In this document: positions 19,297 through 26,823 of the stretch, piece by piece
How the letters are laid out: each line of letters begins with the position of its first letter
How positions within the stretch are numbered: the stretch's first letter is position 1
Source of the DNA: an uncultured Pseudomonadota bacterium
GTDB lineage: Bacteria; Oederibacteriota; Muellerivitia; Muellerivitales; Muellerivitaceae
Direction: 5' to 3'
Length of the DNA: 64,000 bases
Assembly: GCA_963843375.1 (NCBI GenBank)
Contig: CAWJKT010000011.1
Span: forward strand, 32,001-96,000
Notes under the pieces: generated by a model
Told to the model about the DNA's origin: nothing
Seen by the model: only the letters and a program-made list of their open reading frames with translations
The model's database searches: none
Position numbers and translations under genes: made by a program

Positions 19297-19643
19297 GGCC
19301 TACCTCCTGAAATATATGGTTTAAAAATAAATGAACCCGAAGGGGTCAAACCTTCGGGGAAAGGTGTGGAAAACCCCGCCTGTCCCGTCAGGGACACTAA
19401 GGGGGGTTTTCCACGGTGTTGCAGTTCGTCTTTCATCTTTACTTCTTCCACTCCCACGCCCGCGCCTACTGTTTGGCTGTTCAAGAGGCCAGCCCCCACT
19501 CCCGTATTACAGTCATCAGATACTGATACTGTGGGAGTGGGGGCTGGCGTCGCCGGACAACCAAACTCCTTGTAGGCGCGGGCGTTTCCGTGGATTTTCG
19601 CTTTAAGCTGTTTTAAGTCCTGCTTTAAGTTTTTCGGGTTCAT
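19293..19643 (-). CDS. hypothetical protein whose coding sequence contains three strong DNA hairpins
   Basis: SD AGGAGG and ATGA overlaps at both ends; low-complexity product. Confidence 0.5.
   Translation of the reverse strand: MNPKNLKQDLKQLKAKIHGNARAYKEFGCPATPAPTPTVSVSDDCNTGVGAGLLNSQTVGAGVGVEEVKMKDELQHRGKPPLVSLTGQAGFSTPFPEGLTPSGSFIFKPYISGGRP
19336..19548. repeat. cluster of three inverted repeats (origin-like)
   Basis: Stems 19336-19343/19351-19358 (8 bp), 19366-19377/19403-19414 (12 bp, with an inner 6-bp stem) and 19488-19503/19533-19548 (16 bp perfect). Confidence 0.8.
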
Positions 19644-20253
19644 GCCGTGGCCTCCTGGGGCCCTTCTTCCGGCTTGATCGCTCTTAGGATGGGGTCTTTT
19701 ACGAAGGGAAGGTAGCCGCCCTCCAGGTTCACCCAGGGCACCCGTATGAAGGGAAGCCGGTCCACCTTCTCGAAAAAGGAAAAGCCCCAGAGGTTCTGGT
19801 TCCTGGGGTCATTCCTGAGGAAGGTCCCCAGCCCTTCCAGCATCCTCAGCGCATGGGGCTTGTCCCGGCTGACCACCAACCGGAAGGCCCCCGGGAAATC
19901 CCTGGTCAGGTTGAGAACCATACCGACCATCTTCTCCCGGTTGTAGGCCGTATGCTCGTACTCCAGAACAAAGGCCTGGGTCCTGCCTTCCAGGGTTCCT
20001 ACGAAAAAACCGTCCGGGGTCCGGTAGTGGACCCGGCGAAGCCTGGTCCCTGCCAAGTCCCACCCCCGTCCGGCTTCCAGGTCCATCTTCCAATCCATCC
20101 TCAGGCCACAGCGCATTTCGTAGTCCGAAAGCCAGGTAAGCCCCTCCAGGCCCCCTTCCCGTTCAATTTGGATTCTCATAGCGAGAACTCGCTTGTCGTG
20201 CTCCCTCTCGAATAGGTTGATATGGGGGGAACGTACTTCCTGGGAAATGAGGA
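19640..20253 (-). pseudogene. Replic_Relax-like (PD-(D/E)xK-type) protein, C-terminal part, split by IS21
   Basis: HINLFEREHD...WLSDYEMR...RTPDGFF...AFVLEYEHT pattern; ORF-track residues upstream of 20253 are IS sequence. Confidence 0.6.
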
Positions 20254-20385
20254 TGTAAACGCCGGTCCAATAGTGTGACGGTCTAGAGAGGGCAAAAAGG
20301 CGGTCGAAAAGTGTGACACTCCCCGAAATTCCCTGGAAGATGTGGGTTTTCAAAGATGAAAACCACGCCTCCAGGAGGAAAAGGA

Positions 20386-21897
20386 GTGTACAAGGACATG
20401 GACCGATGGACCGAAATCCGCAAGAAAATCCTGGTGGAGGGGGTCTCCAAACGCCAGGTGATGGAAGAAGAAGGCATCCACTGGGAAACCCTCAAGAAAA
20501 TACTCGCCCATAGCCAACCCCCGGGCTACCGAATGTACCGGGAGAGGTCACAGCCCAAGATTGGGCCCTTCCTGGGCCGCATCAAGCAAATCCTTCAGGA
20601 CGACAAGCACGTCCACAAAAAACAACGACATACGGCCAAGCGCATTTTTGAGCGCCTGCGGGATGAGGATGGTTACACCGGCGGCTATAGCCAGGTGAAA
20701 AAAGCCGTCCAGGGGTTCAAGCAAAAGAATAGCGAGGTCTTCGTGCCTTTGATCCATCGGCCCGGGGAGGCCCAGGTGGACTTTGGACACGCCCTGGTCA
20801 AACTCAACGGTGTGTTGGTGAAACGGCCTTTCTTTGTGATGGCACTTCCGTATTCGGATGCTTTTTTCGTCCAGATGTTTGAGCGGGAAAGCACGGAGTT
20901 CGTGTGGGAAGGCCATATCCGGGCCTTCGAATATTTTGGCGGCGTGCCCTGGCGGATCAGCTACGACAATGCCAAGACCCTCGTGACGAAGATCGCCGGG
21001 GTACACCAACGGATTTTGACCAAAAGTTTCCAGCAATTGGAGAGCCATTACCTCTTCGATCACCACTTCTGCACGATACGCCGTGGCAATGAAAAGGGCG
21101 TCGTGGAAGGCGGGGTGAAATACGTCCGCCTGAACTTCATGGTCCCGGTTCCACAGGTGGGAAACCTGGATGAACTGAACGAGCAGTTGGAGGTGAAATG
21201 CCGGGAGGACTTGAAGCGCAAATTGCGGGGGAAGGGTCTACCCAAGGTGCAGCTTCTAGACGAGGATAAGGCCCATTTCAGGCCTTTGCCGGCCACTCCC
21301 TTTGACGCCTGTCTGAAACAGTCCACGACAGCCACGTCTTTGTCCCTCGTGCGTTTCGACACCAACGACTATTCCGTTCCTTCCGAATGGGCACACCATC
21401 CGGTGGTGGTGAAGGGGTACATCAAGCGAGTGGATATCTTCCACAAGGACAGGCTCATCGCGACTCACGATCGCCTTTGGGGAAAGGAAGGTGTGGTCTT
21501 CAATCCGGTGCATTATTTAGCGGTTTTGGAAGGGAAACCGGGAGCCCTCGATCATGCCCGGCCCCTGGAAGACTGGAACCTGCCGGAAAGTTTTCCCCTC
21601 CTGCGCCGCCGCATGGAAGCCATGGAAAGGCACCATGGTGAAGGGACACGGGAATTCATCAAGACTCTGCGCCTCTTGGAGAAATATTCCCTCTCGCGGC
21701 TCACCCGTGCGGTGAAGAAAGCTGTGGGAATGGAAATCTATACCCGGGACGCCGTCGCCCAGTTGCTCTACCCCAGGGAGGATTACAGGCTGACCACCTT
21801 CAGCCTTGCCGGTCGTGAGCACTTACGACGGGTTCAAGTGGCCCGGACGGATCTTTCGGCCTACCGGGAGCTGATGGTTGTGGGAGGTGAAGCGTGA
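20386..21897 (+). CDS. istA: IS21 transposase
   Basis: KQRHTAKRIFERL, PGEAQVDFG, YDN, EKGVVEGGV, VRFDTNDYSVP; GTG start after GGAGG. Confidence 0.95.
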   Translation: MYKDMDRWTEIRKKILVEGVSKRQVMEEEGIHWETLKKILAHSQPPGYRMYRERSQPKIGPFLGRIKQILQDDKHVHKKQRHTAKRIFERLRDEDGYTGGYSQVKKAVQGFKQKNSEVFVPLIHRPGEAQVDFGHALVKLNGVLVKRPFFVMALPYSDAFFVQMFERESTEFVWEGHIRAFEYFGGVPWRISYDNAKTLVTKIAGVHQRILTKSFQQLESHYLFDHHFCTIRRGNEKGVVEGGVKYVRLNFMVPVPQVGNLDELNEQLEVKCREDLKRKLRGKGLPKVQLLDEDKAHFRPLPATPFDACLKQSTTATSLSLVRFDTNDYSVPSEWAHHPVVVKGYIKRVDIFHKDRLIATHDRLWGKEGVVFNPVHYLAVLEGKPGALDHARPLEDWNLPESFPLLRRRMEAMERHHGEGTREFIKTLRLLEKYSLSRLTRAVKKAVGMEIYTRDAVAQLLYPREDYRLTTFSLAGREHLRRVQVARTDLSAYRELMVVGGEA

Positions 21898-22667
21898 GCG
21901 AATCCAAAAAGACGCTCTTGCTGGAACACCACCTCAAAAAACTCAAGCTGCCTACCATGCAGCGGGAGTACGACAAGATGGCCCAACTCTGCCGCACAGA
22001 ACGCAGTGACTATCCACAATATCTGCTCAAATTGGCCGAGATGGAGCTTCTAGACCGGGAACGCCGGGCCAAGGAGAGGCGCATCCGCGACGCCAACTTT
22101 CCCGTGCTCAAAACTTTGGACACGTTCGACTTCAAGGCCCAGCCTTCGATCAACCAGGAATTGACGCGGGAACTCATGCGGGGCGAGTACATCGACAAAA
22201 AAGAAAACGTCCTGCTGATCGGCAATTCGGGAACAGGTAAAACCCATTTGGCCACGGCGCTGGCCTACCAGGCCTGCTGTCAGGGCCGGGCGGTGAAGTT
22301 CTTCTCCGTGACCGGCCTGGTCACCGAACTTCTGGAGCGCCGCGAGGAAAAACAATTGGCCAAGTTCCATCGGCAGTTGGCCAGGCTCCACCTAATCGTT
22401 TTGGATGAATTGGGTTACGTACCGTTCACCAAGCCGGGAGCGGAGTTGCTGTTTGAGGTGGTCAGCAAGGCCTATGAGCGAACCAGCCTGATGGTAACGA
22501 CGAATCTTCCCTTTGAAAACTGGGTGGAAATCATGGGTTCCGAAAGGATGACGGGGGCCCTTATTGACCGTTTGACCCATCGGGTGCATATTCTGGAGGC
22601 CAACGGCCAAAGCTTCAGGCTGGTGGAAGCGAAGAAACGGCTGAGACGTAAAGACAAGAAGGATTGA
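21894..22667 (+). CDS. istB: IS21 helper ATPase
   Basis: Walker A GNSGTGKTHLA, Walker B LIVLDELGY, TTNLPF, DRLTH. Confidence 0.95.
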   Translation: MSESKKTLLLEHHLKKLKLPTMQREYDKMAQLCRTERSDYPQYLLKLAEMELLDRERRAKERRIRDANFPVLKTLDTFDFKAQPSINQELTRELMRGEYIDKKENVLLIGNSGTGKTHLATALAYQACCQGRAVKFFSVTGLVTELLERREEKQLAKFHRQLARLHLIVLDELGYVPFTKPGAELLFEVVSKAYERTSLMVTTNLPFENWVEIMGSERMTGALIDRLTHRVHILEANGQSFRLVEAKKRLRRKDKKD

Positions 22668-22767
22668 TAGGTTCAACCAACGACCATATACCCTAAAGGC
22701 GTATGGAAGGCGGGGGGTGTCACACTTTTGGACCGCCCACCGTCACACTTTTCGACCGGCGTTAGCA

Positions 22768-22828
22768 GCTGCATGTGTTCCTGGTTACTGATGAAGCCTT
22801 CCAAGTGATGTTTTTTGTTTTTTTTCAT
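22768..22828 (-). pseudogene. N-terminal fragment of the IS-split Replic_Relax-like gene
   Basis: ATG at 22828 reads MKKNKKHHLEGFISNQEHMQ and joins in frame to LLISQEVR... at 20253 if the IS is removed. Confidence 0.6.
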
Positions 22829-22842
22829 TTTTCTGGGGTTCT

Positions 22843-23202
22843 TTAGTGCCCCGCATAGCGGGTTGGACCGGTTGAGAAAAGACCGGCCATTTCAAGAAGA
22901 AGATTTTTGGTTGTTTTTGGATGAATTTTCAATCCTTCGGCCCAATAGCTCACCGATGCGGGGATCGGGTTTTTTCCCTGTTCCCACTTCTTCACCGTTT
23001 CAGGGCTAACCAGCATCAACTTCGCGAATTGTGGTTGGGAAACCTTCAAGATTTTCCGGGCTTCCTTGATGTCGGCTCCTGTGGTTTTGATGAGAAGTTC
23101 TTCCACCTTCACATTGGCTTTTTCCCCACGCGCGAATTTCAAACCTTCACGAAGGCTTGCTTCAAATTCTTTCAAATCCTTTTTTTTATTTGCCTTTCTC
23201 AT
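22843..23202 (-). CDS. HigA-like XRE-HTH antitoxin
   Basis: SLREGLKFARGE...IKEARKILKVSQPQFAKLMLVSPETVKKWEQGK; overlaps the 3' end of the toxin gene. Confidence 0.85.
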   Translation of the reverse strand: MRKANKKKDLKEFEASLREGLKFARGEKANVKVEELLIKTTGADIKEARKILKVSQPQFAKLMLVSPETVKKWEQGKNPIPASVSYWAEGLKIHPKTTKNLLLEMAGLFSTGPTRYAGH

Positions 23203-23590
23203 GTTGCTCTCCCTTTTTCTCATAAGCCTTTTTGAAGGCTTCTGCCATTGACTTCAAAATCTTCTTTTCATCCGGAGTCAGGTCGGACTTGGTTCGATGG
23301 TTATAAACGGCTTGGAGGTAAATATCATGTTGAACCCGGAAAAGAAGATAGATAAACCTGAACCCACCGCTTTTTCCTAGATTTCTGCTGGGTGAACCCG
23401 CCCGGCCTTTAATCCAACCTCCGGTTCCTTTTATTTCGTCCAGTTTTCCTGACTCGAACTCTATTTTAATCCCATCGCGTATTTCATTGTGGAGACGGGG
23501 TTCAAGTTTTTCGAGGCTTTTTAGTTCCTTCTCGTATCCGGGAAGTCGAACCAAGCGATACTTGGTTTCGGCAATTTGTAGTTCTTCCAT
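23186..23590 (-). CDS. RelE/HigB-family toxin
   Basis: IKGTGGWIKGR...GKSGGFRFIY...KSDLTPDEKK; toxin-first gene order. Confidence 0.85.
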   Translation of the reverse strand: MEELQIAETKYRLVRLPGYEKELKSLEKLEPRLHNEIRDGIKIEFESGKLDEIKGTGGWIKGRAGSPSRNLGKSGGFRFIYLLFRVQHDIYLQAVYNHRTKSDLTPDEKKILKSMAEAFKKAYEKKGEQHEKGK

Positions 23591-23640
23591 GATCGCCCCT
23601 AAACGCTATAGTATTTAATACCATACCCAGAGTTGCTTAT

Positions 23641-23907
23641 TCAAGACCCTTTAGTAGAAAAGGCCATATGACCGCCCAAACCTTTGACGATCTTTGCTAT
23701 ATCCACCCATATTTGGAATGCTTCGCGATCAGCCATGACTTTCTTTAATTGCCGAAGAGGTATTTTTGTTTTCTTGGCGATAACCTTAAGGCCGCCCTCT
23801 TTTTCGACCACATTCCAGAAGGCTTCCTGCAAAAGGTCTGCCTTACCGGAATCCAAGCCGAGGGTTAAGTGTTGAGCTCCCAATTTCCGGCATCCCTTGT
23901 TTTTCAT
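23641..23907 (-). CDS. small HTH protein resembling addiction-module antidote proteins
   Basis: AFWNVVEKEGGLKVIAKKTKIPLRQLKK...IAKIVKGLG helix pattern. Confidence 0.5.
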   Translation of the reverse strand: MKNKGCRKLGAQHLTLGLDSGKADLLQEAFWNVVEKEGGLKVIAKKTKIPLRQLKKVMADREAFQIWVDIAKIVKGLGGHMAFSTKGS

Positions 23908-24057
23908 TTTTCTTGGGCTTTCTTTTGATGATTTGATCCTATTCGGATTCTAATGAGCAACAGAAGGATTTGACAAGTTCTTAGGAAGGAAATATCAATG
24001 ACAGAAAGTCAGATGTATTTTTTTTCCATTTCGTGCGGGAGTTTCTATGATTGACTC

Positions 24058-24076
24058 GAATGACACCGTTATGACA
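24058..24076 (-). repeat. putative integrase arm-type site (inverted copy)
   Basis: Reverse complement TGTCATAACGGTGTCATTC, 18/19 match to 17963-17981. Confidence 0.65.
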
Positions 24077-24213
24077 GGGGCTTATCTTTTTCTGGCAATT
24101 CAACTCATTTTTGAATCAACAAAGTCAGATGCTCTATTGAACACCAATGAACACCTAAAGAATAAGAGGTCTATTCATCTTGCTGGATCTCAGATTCATT
24201 TCAATGCCTTTTG

Positions 24214-24238
24214 GTGTCATATACGTGTCATTCAACCT
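24214..24238 (+). repeat. putative integrase arm-type site (direct copy)
   Basis: GTGTCATATACGTGTCATTCAACCT, 23/25 match to 17962-17986. Confidence 0.7.
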
Positions 24239-24409
24239 CGGTTTTTACCGGTTTTGACGGCCACGGACCGGTATTGGCCGGTGATTCAAAAAAAAGGCCT
24301 CGGCCCGTTTTGGTGTTAAAACCATTACAGGCAAAGGCCAATTTAGTGCTGATGGGGACAAGAAATTTTTACGACTTACGACTTCAAAAACCAAAAATCC
24401 ATCTGGGAA

Positions 24410-24452
24410 GATTTCGAGTCAGACGCATTCGACCACTCTGCCATCTCTCCGG
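24410..24452. repeat. att core copy 2 (displaced 5' half of tRNA-Ser)
   Basis: Identical 43-bp repeat of 17847-17889; tRNA homology stops within the 3' strand of the anticodon stem. Confidence 0.95.
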
Positions 24453-24503
24453 GTCAAAAATAGGTTGTTTGGTTGTTCACCGATTTACAGTATCGGTGGA
24501 GTT

Positions 24504-24534
24504 AAAAAAAGCGCGTCCCCCAAAGGGGATGCGC
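24504..24534 (-). terminator. intrinsic terminator on the minus strand
   Basis: GCGCATCCCC-tttg-GGGGACGCGC stem followed by T7. Confidence 0.8.
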
Positions 24535-24539
24535 CTTTG

Positions 24540-24812
24540 ACAGCGGCTTATTGTAACCGAAAAAGGGATGATTTTGTTACCGTCAAAAATCCAGGTGGCG
24601 TACAGTTCCGGCGTCTTCTTGAGGACTTCACGGGGATAAACGGCGGTATGGTCAACGTTCCATTCCTGGTTCAAAACCACGTCTAAAACATGGTTCCGGT
24701 GGTCAACGTACATGGTCAGGAAAGCCTCGTTCCGTTTCCCGCCGATGTATTGCTTGAAGTAGGCCACTACATCTTCCGGGCCTGAAACAACCGCCCTCTT
24801 TTGCTCTAAGAG
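24540..24812 (-). pseudogene. radC: RadC (JAB domain) remnant
   Basis: VSGPEDVVAYF...NEAFLTMYVDHRNHVL...VDHTAVYPREV present; no N-terminus and no HNHPSG metal motif. Confidence 0.75.
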
Positions 24813-24813
24813 G

Positions 24814-26010
24814 TTAAGCCAGTAGTTGAGATGGGTTGGACAAGAAAAACTCCTCTAAATGCATCCCACCGGTTCCGACCATCAATACTTTTGCCTTCGG
24901 ATTTTTCTTGAGGAAAGCCTCCATCCCTTTCGCCTGTCCACTTTTGCCGGATTTCACTTCCAACCCCCAAGATTTGGCGGCGGTCTTCATCACGAAATCC
25001 ACTTCCATGTCATGGTCACGCCAATAAAGCACTTCCCCGAAGGAACGGTCCAAATGATTCAAAAGATGGGCCCCGACGGCGTTTTCCACCAACCGGCCCC
25101 AGGACTCTCCATCCTTCTTGGCTTGGGCAAAGGATAAGGCCCGATGGGCCGAAACCAGGGCGTTATTCCAAAGGATGAGCTTAGGGCTACTGCCCCTCTT
25201 GCCGGGCTTACCGCTCCGATAGGATTCCAGGCCGCTGACGATAAAAGCGCTCTCCAGAAGTTTCAAGTAATGCGCCAAAGTGGTGGTGTTCCCGGCTTCC
25301 TGCAATTGCCCGAGCATTTTGTTGTAGGAGAATATTTGGGCCGGATAACCCGCCGCCAGCCCGAACAGGTGCCCCAACAAGGCGGGCTTTGCCACGGTTT
25401 GGAGTTGAAGCACATCCCGCGACAACACCGTTTCCACTAATGAATTGGTGACGTAGTGTTTCCAGTTATTTTCATCCTTGCGGAATTGAGCCGAACCAGG
25501 GTACCCGCCGAAAAAGATCCATTCCTCCAGGTTCCAGCCGAAAGCGGCCTTCATTTCTCCGTAACCCCAATGACCGCAACGGTACTGAAAGAAACGTCCC
25601 GCAAGACTTTCTGTCAGGCTTTTTTGGACCAGCAAGGCCGATGAACCCAATAGCAAAACAAGGAGGCCTTTGCGCTCATGGAGTTCCCTGTCCCAAAGAA
25701 GCTTGACGGTTTCGCTCCACCCACGGACTTTTTGGATTTCGTCCAGGACCAACAGGACTTTTTTGCGGGGTCCGCATTTGGTAAGGGCCAAGTCCCATTG
25801 GGCATGTATCCACTCGGGTCCCGGTGGAAGGGGTGCATCCGCCGCCGCGAAGACCGTTTCGCCTTTCCATTCGTCGGCTATCTGCCGTGCAGCGGTGGTC
25901 TTTCCCGTTTGCCGGGGGCCTACCAGCACATGGATCACCTTGGTGTATTTATCCAACCCCGCTAGGATTTCCTTTACGACGGGATGTTGGTAATTGGAGT
26001 TTTTCGCCAC
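24814..26010 (-). CDS. AAA-family ATPase with DUF4143-like C-terminal nuclease-fold domain
   Basis: GPRQTGKTT, LDEIQK, LGSS, GGYP, ENAV, YWRD..EVDF, EVKSG. Confidence 0.9.
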   Translation of the reverse strand: MAKNSNYQHPVVKEILAGLDKYTKVIHVLVGPRQTGKTTAARQIADEWKGETVFAAADAPLPPGPEWIHAQWDLALTKCGPRKKVLLVLDEIQKVRGWSETVKLLWDRELHERKGLLVLLLGSSALLVQKSLTESLAGRFFQYRCGHWGYGEMKAAFGWNLEEWIFFGGYPGSAQFRKDENNWKHYVTNSLVETVLSRDVLQLQTVAKPALLGHLFGLAAGYPAQIFSYNKMLGQLQEAGNTTTLAHYLKLLESAFIVSGLESYRSGKPGKRGSSPKLILWNNALVSAHRALSFAQAKKDGESWGRLVENAVGAHLLNHLDRSFGEVLYWRDHDMEVDFVMKTAAKSWGLEVKSGKSGQAKGMEAFLKKNPKAKVLMVGTGGMHLEEFFLSNPSQLLA

Positions 26011-26020
26011 GGGTTCCTCG

Positions 26021-26062
26021 ATTACTCAGTCATTGAGTAATAATACTCAATGACTGAGTAAT
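26021..26062. promoter_or_regulatory. nested palindromic operator upstream of the AAA ATPase
   Basis: ATTACTCAGTCATTGAGTA-ataa-TACTCAATGACTGAGTAAT: perfect 19-bp inverted repeat whose arms are each TACTCA-N5-TGAGTA. Confidence 0.8.
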
Positions 26063-26089
26063 TTTCAATCTTCTTTGTTTGAGAGGGGC

Positions 26090-26707
26090 TTAGTCGCCTT
26101 GGATCGCTTCTAGGTATGGTCCCAAGACCTTATCGACCCGGCAGATCTTCGAGAACCTAGTGAGTTCATCTGTTTTCTTCCACTTGCTTCTCCAATAGTT
26201 ACGGAGAGCCTCCAGTACCGTATCGAGCCCAACGACAGTGCGAAACTTAAAACAATCCGCAAGGGTCTTTTCACGGGAATAAATCCTGACTTTTACCCCG
26301 TCGATTAGATGTTCCTCAATCCCTTCTGAGAAAGCCTTACCGGAAAAATGGAATACCCGAATAGGGGGATATTCCATTTTGGGAGTCCAAGCCCCCCTTT
26401 TGACCGCAAGGTATATCTCATGTGGTATCTGGGTGGTCATTTCGTGGAAGGAAAGGGCTGATATCAGGCAAAGGACCCCTTCCGGAACCTTTTGGATGAC
26501 GGTCACAAGATCAGGGTTGGCCAGGGGCGGCATTGTGGAAAGGCGGTATACCCCCCGGCCTAACTGATCCAGGACTTTGGCGTCCCGCATGGAATAAAGC
26601 TTTACCGGATGGATGCCAAGCCTTATGGCATTCATCGTCGAAAGGATTCCCCCGTTTTTTCGGAAAATGCCGATTTCTTTTATGAATTGTTTTTCCAGCT
26701 TATTCAT
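26090..26707 (-). CDS. type IV TA antitoxin, AbiEi family (no AbiEii partner here)
   Basis: wHTH with LGRGVYRL, GVLCLISALSFHEMTTQIP, YSREKTLADCFK. Confidence 0.85.
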   Translation of the reverse strand: MNKLEKQFIKEIGIFRKNGGILSTMNAIRLGIHPVKLYSMRDAKVLDQLGRGVYRLSTMPPLANPDLVTVIQKVPEGVLCLISALSFHEMTTQIPHEIYLAVKRGAWTPKMEYPPIRVFHFSGKAFSEGIEEHLIDGVKVRIYSREKTLADCFKFRTVVGLDTVLEALRNYWRSKWKKTDELTRFSKICRVDKVLGPYLEAIQGD

Positions 26708-26710
26708 GAC

Positions 26711-26756
26711 TGATAGTTTCCGATACATTTATATACTTCTGTATAGGTTACTATCA
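26711..26756. promoter_or_regulatory. inverted-repeat operator of abiEi
   Basis: TGATAGTTTCCGATACA ... TGTATAGGTTACTATCA (14/17), immediately upstream of the ATG at 26707. Confidence 0.55.
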
Positions 26757-26823
26757 TACTATGATAAGCATTTGTCAAGCAGTCAGGGGTAGCCCCTGCT
26801 CCCCTCTTAGGCCCCTCGCTACT

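Larger units (their letters stand above)
20254..22767 (+). mobile_element. IS21-family insertion sequence (2514 bp)
   Basis: TG...CA ends; terminal IRs TGTAAACGCCGGTCCAATAGTGTGACG vs TGCTAACGCCGGTCGAAAAGTGTGACG (23/27); second internal repeats at 20299-20319 and 22717-22737 (20/21); istAB inside. Confidence 0.95.
17847..24452. mobile_element. small tRNA-Ser-integrated element (6563-bp repeat-to-repeat unit, 4049 bp without the IS21)
   Basis: Flanked by 43-bp direct repeats; contains tyrosine integrase, xis-like gene, Replic_Relax-like gene and a TA pair. Confidence 0.9.

Noticed and set aside
20254..20353. N-terminal residues of the ORF-track protein 19640..20353
   Set aside because: They are read from the IS21 left end; the native start is probably at 22828
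17847..24452. Prophage
   Set aside because: No structural, terminase or lysis genes, and too small
24047..24540. ORFs 24047..24319 and 24211..24540
   Set aside because: They run over arm sites and the att/tRNA fragment with no protein motifs; the NDTVMT peptide shared with int only reflects the DNA repeat
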